From Kofleriaceae bacterium (GTDB lineage: Bacteria > Myxococcota_A > Polyangia > Haliangiales > Haliangiaceae): 64,000 nucleotides of DNA. Below the pieces are notes generated by a model, which was not told where the DNA came from, made no database searches, and worked only from the letters and a program-made list of their open reading frames with translations. The position numbers and the translations under genes are program-made. Numbering within the stretch: position 1 is the stretch's first letter; the number at the start of each line of letters is the position of its first letter. The stretch is from the NCBI GenBank assembly GCA_046597055.1, contig JBKJLC010000297.1, forward strand, positions 1 through 64,000, written 5' to 3'. Positions 10,112 to 22,302 of the stretch are shown here, piece by piece.

Positions 10112-12390
10112 TTCTGGGTCGGGAGGCCGAGGTGCTGGCGGAAGAACTCGATCTCGCGGGTCAGGAGCGCGGCCTCGGCGATCGGGTCGGCCATCATGTG
10201 GGTCGACGGCAGCGTGATCAGCTCGTGGTGCTTGCCGGCGCGGAACAGCGCCGAGACCAGCGCCAGGGTGTTGGCGAGGTAGACGTTGTCATCGGTGAGC
10301 CCGTGTACGAGCAGCAGCGGGCGGGTCAGCTGGTCGGCGAGCTTGACCGCGCTGGTCGCGTCGTACGCGGCGGTGTTCTCCGCCGGCAGCCCCATGTAGC
10401 GCTCGGTGTACGCGGTGTCGTAGTAGCGCCAGTCGGTCACCGGCGCGCCGGCGACCGCGGCCTTGAACACGTCGGGGCGCAGCAGCACCGCCATCGCCGA
10501 GAAGTAGCCGCCGAACGACCAGCCGATCGCGCCGACCCGGTCGAGGTCGAGCTCGGGGTGGGCGGCGCCGACCGCCTGCAGCGCGGCGACCTGGTCGGCC
10601 ATCGGGATCGTGATCAGGTCGCGCGTGATCGCGCGCTCCCACGCCCGATCCCGGCGGGGCGTGCCGCGGCCGTCGGTGGTGACGACGATGAAGCCGGTGT
10701 CGGCGAGCAGCTGCGCCGTGAAGTACGAGCGCGGGTTGTTCCACACCCGGGTCACGCCGGGACCGCCGTAGACGCCAAGCAGCACCGGGTAGCGGCGGGC
10801 CGGATCGAAGTCGCGCGGCCGCACGATCGCGACGTGGTGGGTGCGCCCGTCGAGCGTGACGGTCTCGAGCGCGAGCTTCGGCATCGCCGCGGGCTCCTCG
10901 GCGACCGAGGGCAGGATGCCGAGCAGCTTGTCGTGGCGGGCCGCGAACCAGTTGCGGGCGCCCTTGTCGTCGCTGATCGACGCGACCCGGGTCCCGCCGC
11001 GCTCGCCGACCATGATGCCGTGGACACCGTGGCCCTCAGTGAACTGCGCGTACTTGCCGGTCGCGAGATCGACCTGGCCGAGATGATTGTCGGTCGGGTC
11101 GAGGGCGACCGACACGAACGCCTGGCCGGCATCGTCGTCGACCTGCACGCCGCCGAGAAAGCCCGGGATCTCGAACGTCTTCAGCACGGCGCCGTCGGCG
11201 CCGCGCTGCTCGAGCTGCCAGACCCCGGTCTTCTCGGTCGACCACAGGAACGACCGGCCGTCGGCGAGCCAGCGCGGGCCGTCGGGGATGTTGACCCAGG
11301 CCGGGTCGCGCTCGGTCACCAGCAGGCGGGTCTTGCCGGTCTTGACGTCGACCGCGAGCACCCGCGCCTCGGTCTGCGCGCGATTCATCACGACCAGCGT
11401 GGGCGGCGCCAGCTTGGGCCACTGGACGTCGCGCAGGTACGGGAACCCGACCCGATCCCACTCGATCGCGAGCGGCTTGCCGGCCTTGCCAGCGCGCGCC
11501 GACACGATCGCGAGCCGCACGTCGGCGTTGGCGGTGCCCGCGCGCGGGTAGCGGAACCCGGTCGGGGCCTGATCGGGCTGGGCCGGGTTGGATACGTACA
11601 GGGTATCGACCTTGCTCTCGTCCGTGCGCTGCACGATCAGCGCCTGGGCGTCGGGCGACCACCAGTAGCCGCGGGTGCGGTCGAGCTCCTCCTGCGCGAC
11701 GAACTCGGCGGCGCCGTGGCTGACGTCGGGGCCATCCTTGCGGGTCAGCCGACGCGGCGTGCCGCCGGCGAGCTCGGCCACCCACAGATCGCCGGCGCGC
11801 AGGAAGCCGACCCGCTTGCCGTCGGGCGACAGCCGCGGGTCGTCGGGGTAGCCGGCCCCGAGCGCGAGCGCGCGCGTCTTGCCGGTGCGGCGATCGAGCA
11901 CGAACACCTGGGCACCCAGGGGCAGCAGCAGCGTGTGGCCGTCGTCGGAGGCTTGCACGCCGACGATGCCGCGGATGGCGGTGCGGGTGCGCTCGCGCCG
12001 CGCCTTCTCGGCGGTCGACAGCTCGACCTCGGTCGCGGCCATCAGGTCGGCGGCCGAGGCCAGCTTGCGGCTGGTGCCGTCGGTGGCGGACAGCTCGTAC
12101 AGCTCGGCGACGTAGTCGCGCGGACCGGTGCGCAGGAACAGGACGTTGCCGTCGGGCAGGATCGCGACCGGCCGGGGCGTGCCCAGGCTGAAGCTGCGGG
12201 TCGCCGACAGGTCGGCGATCGCGGCGCGGTTGATCGGCGGTGCGGTCGGGGTCGGCGTCGGTGGATTCGGCATGGAGGCGGTGCCGCCCTGGGGATCAGG
12301 GGGCAACGGACACGCGGGCGTGATCACGCGCGACGCGCACGCGGTGGTGGACACGGAGAGAGCGAGGGCAACAGCGAGGGCGCGATACAC
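10108..12390 (-). CDS. S9B dipeptidyl-peptidase IV family serine peptidase (lipoprotein)
   Basis: EFVAQEELDR, WWSPD, VYGGP, GWSFGG, YDTAYTERYMG, HGLTDDNV. GTG 12390 gives signal peptide MYRALAVALALSVSTTAC, with TATCCT 8 nt upstream. Confidence 0.92.
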   Translation of the reverse strand: MYRALAVALALSVSTTACASRVITPACPLPPDPQGGTASMPNPPTPTPTAPPINRAAIADLSATRSFSLGTPRPVAILPDGNVLFLRTGPRDYVAELYELSATDGTSRKLASAADLMAATEVELSTAEKARRERTRTAIRGIVGVQASDDGHTLLLPLGAQVFVLDRRTGKTRALALGAGYPDDPRLSPDGKRVGFLRAGDLWVAELAGGTPRRLTRKDGPDVSHGAAEFVAQEELDRTRGYWWSPDAQALIVQRTDESKVDTLYVSNPAQPDQAPTGFRYPRAGTANADVRLAIVSARAGKAGKPLAIEWDRVGFPYLRDVQWPKLAPPTLVVMNRAQTEARVLAVDVKTGKTRLLVTERDPAWVNIPDGPRWLADGRSFLWSTEKTGVWQLEQRGADGAVLKTFEIPGFLGGVQVDDDAGQAFVSVALDPTDNHLGQVDLATGKYAQFTEGHGVHGIMVGERGGTRVASISDDKGARNWFAARHDKLLGILPSVAEEPAAMPKLALETVTLDGRTHHVAIVRPRDFDPARRYPVLLGVYGGPGVTRVWNNPRSYFTAQLLADTGFIVVTTDGRGTPRRDRAWERAITRDLITIPMADQVAALQAVGAAHPELDLDRVGAIGWSFGGYFSAMAVLLRPDVFKAAVAGAPVTDWRYYDTAYTERYMGLPAENTAAYDATSAVKLADQLTRPLLLVHGLTDDNVYLANTLALVSALFRAGKHHELITLPSTHMMADPIAEAALLTREIEFFRQHLGLPTQK

Positions 12391-12448
12391 GGCGGCGGAG
12401 GATACTCCCAAGCCGGGGCCGGGTCTGGCTGGACGGCCCCCGCGTTGA

Positions 12449-13258
12449 TCACGGGCGGTGTGCCGGGAACGGGGCAGTTTCTTCAATGCGGAGCGCGGAC
12501 TCGTCAGCGGTCGGCTGATCGGCGCGGTCCGGTTCGTGGCGAGCGCGTTCCGAAAGCGACGTGGGAGAGGCGAGGTCTACGAAGCGCTCCTGGTGGACGA
12601 CGGCGGCCAGGGGAAGCCGGGGCGCCCAGCGGCTTTCCTCGAGCATGGGCCGTTGCCGAAACGCGACCGGTCGCCCGAGACACAGATAGGCGACGGGCAC
12701 GACGCCCGCCGGCAGGTCGAGCTCGGCGCGCAGCACGGCCAGCTCGATGAGACTCACCCATCCAACGCCGATGCCTTCGACGCGGGCGGCGAGCCAGAGG
12801 TTCTGCACCGCGCAGTATGCGCTGGCGCGCATCGTCTCGGGCTGCGCCGTGGTGCCCAGCACCGGGCCTGGGTCGCGCTCGTCGACGACGACGCAGACGT
12901 TGACCGCGGCGTCGAGCAGGCCTTCGAGCCGGAGCGCGAGGTATGCGGCGCGGCGCTCCGGGGCAAAGCGCTGGGCCTCGGTCGCGCGGACCCGGAGGAA
13001 GCTGTCCCGAATGCGTTCTCGCCGCGCGCGGTCGCGGATCACGATGAAGCGCCACGGCTGCGAGAAGCCAACGCTGGGCGCGTCGTGGGCCGCCGTGAGA
13101 ATTCGACCCAGGGTAGCGTCATCCAGGTCGACGCCGCGCATGAAGTGGCGCACGTCGCGGCGGAGCGCGATGGCGTCGTACACGGCACGGCGCGCCGGTT
13201 CGTCGAACGCCCCGATGGCATCGGCTTCGAGGATGGCTGGGTCCGGCAGCTGGGTCAT
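12449..13258 (-). CDS. bluB: 5,6-dimethylbenzimidazole synthase (nitroreductase fold)
   Basis: RRDVRHF, APSVGFSQPWRF, LRLEGL, CAVQNLWLAARVEGIGVGWVS; TACAGT lies 7 nt upstream. Confidence 0.9.
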   Translation of the reverse strand: MTQLPDPAILEADAIGAFDEPARRAVYDAIALRRDVRHFMRGVDLDDATLGRILTAAHDAPSVGFSQPWRFIVIRDRARRERIRDSFLRVRATEAQRFAPERRAAYLALRLEGLLDAAVNVCVVVDERDPGPVLGTTAQPETMRASAYCAVQNLWLAARVEGIGVGWVSLIELAVLRAELDLPAGVVPVAYLCLGRPVAFRQRPMLEESRWAPRLPLAAVVHQERFVDLASPTSLSERARHEPDRADQPTADESALRIEETAPFPAHRP

Positions 13259-13504
13259 GCAGCCGACTGTAGATCGTCGCTGGCGCGCAGCTGCGCTCGG
13301 TCGGCCCTGGCATTCGTCATCGATGCGGCGTGACGGAGCGGCCAGCGCAGCGCGCCGGTCGCCGGGAGTGCGAGCGCGACCGCGCGGGCGCGGGCGCGGG
13401 CGGCGCAGGGTATCCCCCGGTGCGGTTGCGCATGCGAGTCGTCTGGCCCGGGCGCGACCGGCGATTTTGTTGCCACGTCGCCGCGGGCTGATCAGAGTGG
13501 GCTC

Positions 13505-13879
13505 ATGAGCGAGTCCGATCGGAGGCGGCGCCGGAGCGCCGACACCAGCCAGGCCCTGCACTTCCAGCTCGCGGCCTGCTGTGAGGGGGGTGAGGTCACC
13601 GCGATGGCGGTCGCGGACGACGACGGCGTGCCGCTGGCGCTCGCCGGCAGCGTCGAGGCGTGCCGCGAGGTGGCGGGCCGGATCGCCGCGGTCGCCGCGC
13701 GGATCCAGGAGCTCGAGTGCACCGTGCTCGGTCACGGCGGGCCCTGGGACGTGTCGATGCGCAAGATCCCGACCGAGGCCGGCGAGGTCCTGGTGTGCGC
13801 GGTCGGCGGCACCGCCGAGGCCCGCCGTCGGCAGATCAGCCGGACCTCGGCCGGCGCGCAGCGGATCCTCGGGGCCTGA
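13505..13879 (+). CDS. Roadblock/LC7-like small protein
   Basis: 124 aa with AMAVADDDGVPLA and a beta-rich C-terminus resembling the roadblock fold; typical codon usage. Confidence 0.55.
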   Translation: MSESDRRRRRSADTSQALHFQLAACCEGGEVTAMAVADDDGVPLALAGSVEACREVAGRIAAVAARIQELECTVLGHGGPWDVSMRKIPTEAGEVLVCAVGGTAEARRRQISRTSAGAQRILGA

Positions 13880-14061
13880 TCCGCGTGGCCGGCGGCCGCG
13901 GGAAGGTCCCGTGCCACGGCTCGCCGCGGACCGTGCGCCGGAAACCGAAGCGGCCGGCGTTGGCCTCGAGCCAGGCGAACGCGCCGGCCCCGTCGATGTA
14001 GAGATCGAGCGCCCGCCCCGCCCTGCTGGGCCCGCCTCCCCCCGATGCTACCCTTGCCTCC

Positions 14062-14529
14062 ATGCGCACCGTCACCGGCCTCCTCGCCCTCGCCGCCCTC
14101 GCCACCGCCACCACGGGCTGCGGCCGCGACGACGCCCCTCGCAACCGCGCGGTCACCGGCCAGGACGCGGCCCGCCTCCTGATCGACCGCAACTGGCTCG
14201 ACAGCTGGCCCACCGACAAGAACGATCACCTGCAGGTCTACCGGTTCGTCCCGTCGATGGGCGGCGGCGTGTTCCAGGACCGCACCGTCTTCAAGGGCAC
14301 GTTCGAGCTGTTCCAGTTCACCGCCGATCCCGGCACGCTCGACTTCCAGTTCCCCCACACCGACGAGCACGCGAAGGTCGGGTACCGCATCGAGCGCGTC
14401 ACCGGTCCGGCCCCGTTCGATCTCAAGCTGACGATCGAGGCCGACCCGCGCGGGCCCGGCGTCTACTACGGCATGACCTCGGACCGCGGCCAGGACGTGC
14501 AGGCGCTGGTCAGCGCGCAGCGGAAGTAG
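14062..14529 (+). CDS. Hypothetical lipoprotein (paralog of 748..1230)
   Basis: Lipobox-like TTGC after a hydrophobic stretch; TACCCT lies 7 nt upstream. Confidence 0.8.
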   Translation: MRTVTGLLALAALATATTGCGRDDAPRNRAVTGQDAARLLIDRNWLDSWPTDKNDHLQVYRFVPSMGGGVFQDRTVFKGTFELFQFTADPGTLDFQFPHTDEHAKVGYRIERVTGPAPFDLKLTIEADPRGPGVYYGMTSDRGQDVQALVSAQRK

Positions 14530-14602
14530 GCCGCCGCGCGCGACGGCCTCGGCACGTGCCGAGGCGCCGTGCAGCCCACGCCAAGCCCGCGGGCCGCGAA
14601 GC

Positions 14603-17461
14603 CTACTTCCGGCGGCGCCGGCGCAGCGTCAGCGCGGCGGTCACGAGGCCAAGACCGATCGGCCCGACCGGCGCCCCGCTGCCGGTGGTCGAGCAGCAGC
14701 CGCCCGGCTCCTCGACGGTCTCCTCGGCCTGGCACAGCGACGAGCAGCCGTCGCCGCTGGCCTGGTTGCCGTCGTCGCACAGCTCGCCGGGATCGACCGC
14801 GCTGTTGCCGCAGCTCGCCAGCCCGCTCGCCATGATGCAGAAGTCGTCGACGGTCCAGCCGCCGAGCTCGAAGCCCTGGTCGGACACGATGCGGAACCCG
14901 ACCTGCACCGAGCCGTCGGCGGCCGCGGTGGTCAGGTCGACGTCGTGGAAGCGCCACTCGCGATCGCGGTGCGACACGACCGCGACGTCCTCGGTGGCGC
15001 TGGTCAGGTTCGACCACACCGGGGTCCCGTCGGCGAGCACCATCGCGTCGTCGTAGAAGCCGTCCTCGACGCCGAGCGAGCGCTGGTACTGCAGGCGGAT
15101 GCCGCTGCGGCCGGTGACGTCGATCACCGGCGACAGCAGGGTCGTCATGGTCTCGGCCGGGTAGCGGCCGTCGCGGCCGAGGGCGCCGAGATCGGTGCCG
15201 ACCACGCGGGTGCCGCTCACCGCCGCGCCGGGATCGCCGGCGTCGCCGCTGGGCACGCCCCACTCCCAGTCGTCGGCGGCGCCGGTGGCGGTGTGAGTCC
15301 AGCCGGCCGCGAACGGATCGCTCTCGAAGTCCGTGCAGTACACCGGCACCAGCGGTCCGACGTACATCTCGTAGTAGGTGTCGGCGGCGTTGTCGGGGTA
15401 GGTGACGCGCAGCCCGTTCTCGAGCGTGACGGTGACCCGGTACTGGACCACACTGCCGTCGGGCTGGGTCGGGATCGCGCCCTGCCAGGTCCCGGCATCG
15501 ACGGTCATCGGGATCGCCGCCGCGACGGTGTCGGCGCGGAGCTTCCAGTTGAGCACCACCCCCTGCACGGCCACCGGCGGGCAGCCCCCGGTCGGGGCCC
15601 CGATCGCGAGCGACACCGAGAGCCCATCGCGCACCGGCAGCTCATGGCCGAGGCCGAGCACCCGGTCGGTCAGGCCGTGCGACCCGAACGTGCGGTCGAT
15701 GAGGCACTTGTTGGGCGTGCCGTTGCCGAGATTGCCATCGTCGTCGTCGGCCGCGAGCACCTCGACGTAGGAGCTGGGCATCTCCGAGGACCGCTGGAGG
15801 ATCGCGTAGAAGAAGTCGTCGGCCTTGCGCTTGCCCGCCTCGGCGCCGTAGGCCGCGATCAGCTCCTTGCGGGCATCCCACAGCGCGCCGGCGATGATCA
15901 GGCCGCTGAGGTGCGGGTCGGCCTTCATGTCGCGCGGGTACGAGAGCTCGCGGCCGTCGGGATCGATGTGGCGGAGCGGCGCCGTGGTGCCGACGAAGAA
16001 GCCGCGGCCCATGCCGGGATCGTCGGTCATCGTCGCCGCCAGGTAGTCGGAGGTGCCCTCGGACACGTGGGGGTCGAACGCACCGGCGCCGGGGATGACC
16101 GACTGCGTGTGCAGCGAGTGCCCGAACTCGTGATAGACGACGTCGGCCAGCCGCCCGGTGTTCTCGCACTGACCGCCGGCGACGAAGAAGTGGATGTCGT
16201 CGCCGGTCGAGTAGGCGTTGCAACGGCCGCTCTCGTTGACGGTGACGTCGATCGCGCGCTCGAGCCACTCGAGCTGCGGGTTGAGCTCGGCCTTCGCGAA
16301 CGTCTTGGCGAGGTTGGTGTGCACGTAGGCGGTGAGCTGGGCGTCGAGCGTCGCGGTGGCGCGGCCGTCCCACACGCCGGTCCCGCCGTCCGCGATCTGG
16401 AGCGCCTGGGTCGCCGGGGTCCCGACGCCGGTACGGACGCGGACGCGGGTCCCGGTCACCGCCGCGACCACGTTCGCGATGCTGGTGGTCGCCGAGGTGA
16501 AGCTGCCGCCGCTGTCGGTGAGCGTGCCCTGGGCGTCGACGGTGATCGACGCGGTCACCGCCGGATAGTCCTGGCGGTCACCGGTGGGGAACCGCTGCGC
16601 CACGTTGTAGCGCAGCGTGCCCGCGCCGAAGTGCAGGAGCTGCCGACGGGCCAGCGGCACGCCGCTCTCGGCGTCGAGGTAGATCTCCCAGCGCGCGCGG
16701 GGCTCGGCGAGATCGACCACCAGCGTGGTGACCACGCGATGCTCGAGGATCGGCCCCGGCGCGGGCGCGCGCAGCGTCGGATCGGCCGGCTCGCGCAGCA
16801 GCGGCAGGATCGCGCGGCCGCGCTCCTCGAGGACGGTCGGGGTCGCGCCGTAGGCGTCCTCGATCCACGCCAGCGCGGCGCCGCGGGCCTTGGCGGCATC
16901 GGCGGAGCGCACCGGGATGCGCACGGCCAGCCGCGGCGACGCGGCCGAGCTCATCACGATCAGCCGGTCGTGCTTGAACAGGAAGCTGATCTGACCGCCG
17001 AGCACCGGCAGGCCGGCGTGGGTCTGGGCGAAGCCGACGGTGCGCATCGCGCCATCGCGGCCGTGAACGGTGTTGCTGACGAGCACGAAGTCGGTGACGA
17101 GGGTGCCCGGCGCGAGCAGCGCGAGCTGCTCGGCGAGCACCGTGCCGGCGATCGCGAGCGCCTTGCCGGCGTGGGCATTGGCGCCCGGCGCCGGCAGGCC
17201 TTCGCCGAAGACGCGCAGCGGGATGCCGCGATCGTGATCCCAGATCGCCTGCCAGGCGCCGTGCGGGCCGTGGAGCGCGACCCACGCCTTCTTCGCCGCG
17301 GCCGGGACCTGCCACGAGGTCGGCGCATGCAGCCGACCTCGCCCGGTCGACATCTCGACCGGGCGCTCGTCGAGGTAGGCCGGCTCCTGCACCGCGACCG
17401 CGTCGGTCGCGAGCAAGAGCGCAGGCAGGGTCAGGGCAAGAGCTCCCCAGCAGCGCTTCAT
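14603..17461 (-). CDS. Secreted M4/M36-like Zn metalloprotease with DUF4215 cysteine-rich repeat and MYXO-CTERM tail
   Basis: Signal peptide, FTP-like propeptide, CNAYS, HEFGH plus EGTSD third ligand, CGNSAVDPGELCDDGN...GDGCSSLC, and a GGCCST...hydrophobic...RRRRRK tail; TACGGT lies 7 nt upstream of ATG 17461. Confidence 0.85.
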   Translation of the reverse strand: MKRCWGALALTLPALLLATDAVAVQEPAYLDERPVEMSTGRGRLHAPTSWQVPAAAKKAWVALHGPHGAWQAIWDHDRGIPLRVFGEGLPAPGANAHAGKALAIAGTVLAEQLALLAPGTLVTDFVLVSNTVHGRDGAMRTVGFAQTHAGLPVLGGQISFLFKHDRLIVMSSAASPRLAVRIPVRSADAAKARGAALAWIEDAYGATPTVLEERGRAILPLLREPADPTLRAPAPGPILEHRVVTTLVVDLAEPRARWEIYLDAESGVPLARRQLLHFGAGTLRYNVAQRFPTGDRQDYPAVTASITVDAQGTLTDSGGSFTSATTSIANVVAAVTGTRVRVRTGVGTPATQALQIADGGTGVWDGRATATLDAQLTAYVHTNLAKTFAKAELNPQLEWLERAIDVTVNESGRCNAYSTGDDIHFFVAGGQCENTGRLADVVYHEFGHSLHTQSVIPGAGAFDPHVSEGTSDYLAATMTDDPGMGRGFFVGTTAPLRHIDPDGRELSYPRDMKADPHLSGLIIAGALWDARKELIAAYGAEAGKRKADDFFYAILQRSSEMPSSYVEVLAADDDDGNLGNGTPNKCLIDRTFGSHGLTDRVLGLGHELPVRDGLSVSLAIGAPTGGCPPVAVQGVVLNWKLRADTVAAAIPMTVDAGTWQGAIPTQPDGSVVQYRVTVTLENGLRVTYPDNAADTYYEMYVGPLVPVYCTDFESDPFAAGWTHTATGAADDWEWGVPSGDAGDPGAAVSGTRVVGTDLGALGRDGRYPAETMTTLLSPVIDVTGRSGIRLQYQRSLGVEDGFYDDAMVLADGTPVWSNLTSATEDVAVVSHRDREWRFHDVDLTTAAADGSVQVGFRIVSDQGFELGGWTVDDFCIMASGLASCGNSAVDPGELCDDGNQASGDGCSSLCQAEETVEEPGGCCSTTGSGAPVGPIGLGLVTAALTLRRRRRK

Positions 17462-17592
17462 TGCCGGCACCGTAGTGGACTCGCCGGTCCCCCGGGGCTG
17501 ACAGGATCCAATGTCTGGCCCCGCCGGTGTCGCGCCCAGTGCGCAGCGCTGGCGGGGTGGCACCAACCGGCCGTGATCACGGCCGGTTAGAG

Positions 17593-18831
<1,239 letters not shown>

Positions 18832-18931
18832 GGGTAGCGCGTGACTATATCGATGCAAGGGGGGGTGTCAACGGTGTCGTGGGTGACTGCGGACGTCCCC
18901 TGGGTCGCGGGCCCGCGGTACATTGACCGCA

Positions 18932-19579
18932 ATGAAACGGGTGCTCCTGGTCGCGCTGGCGATCGCGGTGGTGGGTGCCTGTGGGGGTCGGCCACCGGCG
19001 CCGCGACGGGGCGTCGCCGAGGCGGCGATCGGTGACTGGGACTTCGGGCGCTTCCAGGAGATGCTGGACGTCGAGGTGTGGGTCCCCGCCAACGCCGGCG
19101 TCTCGTACGCCGGATCGTACGTGAAGGCGGCCGCGGCCCGGGCCGGTCGCCTCGGCGACGAGGAGGTCGCGAGCGTGATCGTCACCCGCTACCAGCAGGA
19201 CGACGGCGTGCTGCGCGCGACCGTGAAGTTCCTGCGCCGGCTCGCCCAGGAGGCCGGCTACACCGTCGAGGAAGACCGCATCGAAGGCGTGCGGCTGGTG
19301 AAGATCTCGGGCAACGGCGAGCTGTGGGCGATGTGGGCCTCCCAGGGTCACGTGGTCAAGGTCGGCGGCCGCAACCGGGCGGGCGTGCCCGCCGATCTGA
19401 TCGAGTGGTACGGCGAGCGGTATCCGTCCACGCTGGCGTCCGGCGTGCTCGAGGGACCGCTCCCGGCCGGCACCGACGAGCCCAAGCCCGAGCCGAGCGC
19501 GCCGTTCGATCCCGACGCGCCGACCCCCGACTGGGACGGCTACGACCCGAAGCAGACGACACCCCCGACCCGCAAGTAG
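18932..19579 (+). CDS. Hypothetical lipoprotein
   Basis: MKRVLLVALAIAVVGAC lipobox; TACATT lies 7 nt upstream; strong GC3 codon bias. Confidence 0.75.
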   Translation: MKRVLLVALAIAVVGACGGRPPAPRRGVAEAAIGDWDFGRFQEMLDVEVWVPANAGVSYAGSYVKAAAARAGRLGDEEVASVIVTRYQQDDGVLRATVKFLRRLAQEAGYTVEEDRIEGVRLVKISGNGELWAMWASQGHVVKVGGRNRAGVPADLIEWYGERYPSTLASGVLEGPLPAGTDEPKPEPSAPFDPDAPTPDWDGYDPKQTTPPTRK

Positions 19580-19829
19580 GGGCCGCGGACGCGCGCGGCG
19601 CGCGACCCGAGCTTCGGCGAGCGTGCCGGTCGGGCGGTAGAAGTTGCACACGACGTCCTCGCGCGCGCCGGTTGTCCGTCGTCCGGCTCGTCGAGGCGGT
19701 CGCGGGCGACCACCGCGGGCAGCGCGTACCCGCTGCCCGGCGCGCAGGGTCCGAGCCGGGGCGGCCCTGCGACGCGAAGCAGCGAGGCCTGAGGTTCCCT
19801 CGGGCCGTCCGCGCGCTATCTTCCCGCCG

Positions 19830-21110
19830 ATGTCGCTCCTGCGCACGCTCCGCCCCGAAGACGCCGGCTTCGCCGCGCTGTTCGATCGCTCGACCACGTT
19901 CGCGCCCGAGGTCGAGCACGCGGTCCATGCGATCGTCGAGGCGGTGCGCACCCGCGGCGACGCCGCCGTGCGCGAGTACACCGAGCGCTTCGACCGCCGC
20001 TACCCGGGCCCCGACGGCAGCTACGAGGTCACCCGCGCCGCGTGGCGGGCCCGCGCCGCCGGCATCACCCACGAGGTTCGCCACGCGCTCGAGCACGCCG
20101 CCGAGCGGGTGCGCTGGTTCCACGGGCACCAGCGCGCCGAGGACCTCGACGTCCGGCGTGGCGGCGTCCGGCTCGGCCTGCGGGTGTCGCCGCTGGCGCG
20201 GGTCGGGCTGTACGTGCCCGGCGGCACCGCCCGCTATCCATCGTCGGTGCTGATGACGGCGATCCCGGCCAAGGTCGCCGGCGTCGGCGAGATCATCATG
20301 GTCACGCCGGGCGCGTCACCCGAGACCCTGGCCGCGGCCGAGCTGGCCGGCGTCGATCGGGTGTTCGAGATCGGCGGCGCCCAGGCGGTGGCCGCCCTCG
20401 CCTACGGCACCGCCTCGGTGCCGCGGGTCGACAAGATCGTCGGACCCGGCAACCAGTGGGTCGCCGCCGCCAAGCGGATCGTCTTCGGCCAGGTCGACAT
20501 CGACTCGGTCGCCGGTCCGTCCGAGGTCCTGATCATCGCCGACGAGCACGCCGATCCGGCCTGGGTCGCGGCCGACCTGATCGCCCAGGCCGAGCACGAC
20601 GTCGAGGCCCGCCCGATCCTGGTGACGACCGTGCCCGGGCTGCCGGCCGCGGTCGAGCGCGCGCTCGCCGAGCAGCTCGCGACCCTGCCGCGGGCCGACA
20701 TCGCGCGGGTCTCGCTCGAGCGCCACGGCGTGGCGGTGATCGTCCCGTCGCTGGCGGTCGCGGTCGAGGTCGCCAACCGGTACGCGCCCGAGCACCTCGA
20801 GCTCGACGTCGCCGATCCGCACGCGCTGGTGCCGCTCTTGACCTCGGCCGGCGCGATCTTCGTCGGCAAGTGGGCGTCCGAGGCGGTCGGCGACTATGTC
20901 GCGGGCGCCAACCACGTGCTGCCGACCGGCGGCGCCGCCCGCTACGCCAGCCCGCTCGGGGTCTACGACTTCCAGCGGCGGACCTCGATCGTCGAGTACG
21001 ACCGCGCCGCCGCCCTCGCCGACGCCCCGCTGATCGCGGCGCTGGCCGCGGTCGAGGGGCTCGATGGCCACGGCCGCTCGGCCATGATCCGGACCGGAGA
21101 GAAGCCATGA
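19830..21110 (+). CDS. hisD: Histidinol dehydrogenase
   Basis: [61 protein letters not shown] lies 7 nt upstream of ATG 19830. Confidence 0.97.
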   Translation: MSLLRTLRPEDAGFAALFDRSTTFAPEVEHAVHAIVEAVRTRGDAAVREYTERFDRRYPGPDGSYEVTRAAWRARAAGITHEVRHALEHAAERVRWFHGHQRAEDLDVRRGGVRLGLRVSPLARVGLYVPGGTARYPSSVLMTAIPAKVAGVGEIIMVTPGASPETLAAAELAGVDRVFEIGGAQAVAALAYGTASVPRVDKIVGPGNQWVAAAKRIVFGQVDIDSVAGPSEVLIIADEHADPAWVAADLIAQAEHDVEARPILVTTVPGLPAAVERALAEQLATLPRADIARVSLERHGVAVIVPSLAVAVEVANRYAPEHLELDVADPHALVPLLTSAGAIFVGKWASEAVGDYVAGANHVLPTGGAARYASPLGVYDFQRRTSIVEYDRAAALADAPLIAALAAVEGLDGHGRSAMIRTGEKP

Positions 21111-22210
21111 GCCTCGATGACCTCGTCACCCGCGGCCTCCGGGGCCTGACCGCCTACCACGTGCCGCGCCCCGAACTGGTGCGAGCCAAGCTCGACGCCA
21201 ACGAGCTGCCCTACCCGCTGCCACGCGAGGCCGCCACCTCGCTCGCCGCCGAGCTGGCGGAGGCCGGGCTGCACCGCTACCCACCGGCGGATCCGCACGA
21301 GCTGCGGGCGCTGTGCGCCGCCGAGCTGGACGTCGATCCGGCCAGCCTGGTCTTCGGCAACGGCTCCGACGAGCTGATCACGATGCTGTGCGCCGCGTTC
21401 GCCGAGCCGCGCAAGGGCCGGCCCCGGGCCGCGGTGCTGTACCCGGATCCGTCGTTCGTCGTGTACCGCCTGGCCGCGCTCGGCCACGGCCTCGACCCGG
21501 TCGAGGTGCCGCTCGACGACGACATGCAGCTCGACTTCGAGCTGGTGGAGGACGCGCTGCGCGGCGCCGCGCCCAACCTGGCGTTCTTCGCGCTGCCCAA
21601 CAACCCGACCGGCACCCTGTGGGATCCAGCCAAGGTCGCCGAGCTGGCCGTCCGGTTCCCGGACACGCTGTTCGTGTCCGACGAGGCCTACATCGTGTAC
21701 GGCGGCCGGACCCTGCTGCCGCGCCTGCCCGACCTGCCCAACCTGATCGTCATGCGCACGCTGTCGAAGATCGGCATGGCCGGCCTGCGGATCGGGTTCC
21801 TCACCGCCGCGCCCGCGATCGTTGCCCAGCTCGAGAAGGTCCGCATGCCATACAACCTCGGCTCGCTCAACCAGCGGGCCGCGGTCTGGCTGCTCCGCAA
21901 CCAGCGCGACTGGCTGCTCGCGCGCTGCCGCGAGCTGCTCACCGAGCGCGAGCGCCTGGCCGCCGCGCTGCGCGAGCTGCCCGACGTCCGGGTCTTCCCC
22001 AGCGAGGCCAACCTCCTCCTGTGCCGCATCGGCCGCGCCGGCGACGGCCGCGCCACTGCGCTGTGCCGAGCCCTCGCGGCTCGCGGCATCCTGATCCGCA
22101 ACTTCGACCGCCCCGGGCCGCTCGCTGGCTGCGTCCGGATCACTCCGGGCACGCCCGCCGAGAACGACCTGCTCCTGGCCGAGCTCCCGGCCGCCCTCGC
22201 CGGCGGCTGA
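21107..22210 (+). CDS. hisC: Histidinol-phosphate aminotransferase
   Basis: [36 protein letters not shown] (PLP lysine); ATGA overlap with hisD. Confidence 0.95.
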   Translation: MSLDDLVTRGLRGLTAYHVPRPELVRAKLDANELPYPLPREAATSLAAELAEAGLHRYPPADPHELRALCAAELDVDPASLVFGNGSDELITMLCAAFAEPRKGRPRAAVLYPDPSFVVYRLAALGHGLDPVEVPLDDDMQLDFELVEDALRGAAPNLAFFALPNNPTGTLWDPAKVAELAVRFPDTLFVSDEAYIVYGGRTLLPRLPDLPNLIVMRTLSKIGMAGLRIGFLTAAPAIVAQLEKVRMPYNLGSLNQRAAVWLLRNQRDWLLARCRELLTERERLAAALRELPDVRVFPSEANLLLCRIGRAGDGRATALCRALAARGILIRNFDRPGPLAGCVRITPGTPAENDLLLAELPAALAGG

Positions 22211-22302
22211 CCCGGCGGCTGAGCCGCGCCTCCGCGCGAGGGCGCAGTCCGGCCCGCAGGTCTGGCTTGCGCCCGCGCCACTTGGTGTATTAACGACACT
22301 AT

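Noticed and set aside
10132..12750. Long antisense or alternate-frame ORFs (e.g. 10132..12750, 14945..17590, 21688..24384, 24060..26825, 33976..36687, 41114..44146, 61208..63664)
   Set aside because: These are shadows of real genes caused by high GC and stop-codon scarcity; they are Arg/Gly/Ala-rich or antisense-pattern translations without motifs.
13259..13504. Cobalamin riboswitch upstream of bluB
   Set aside because: No B12-box or GCCACTG/GGGAAG core was seen, and bluB appears leaderless.
18832..18931. SAM riboswitch upstream of metK
   Set aside because: The divergent intergenic region is only 100 nt, and a TATAGT box 12 nt before the ATG leaves no room for one.
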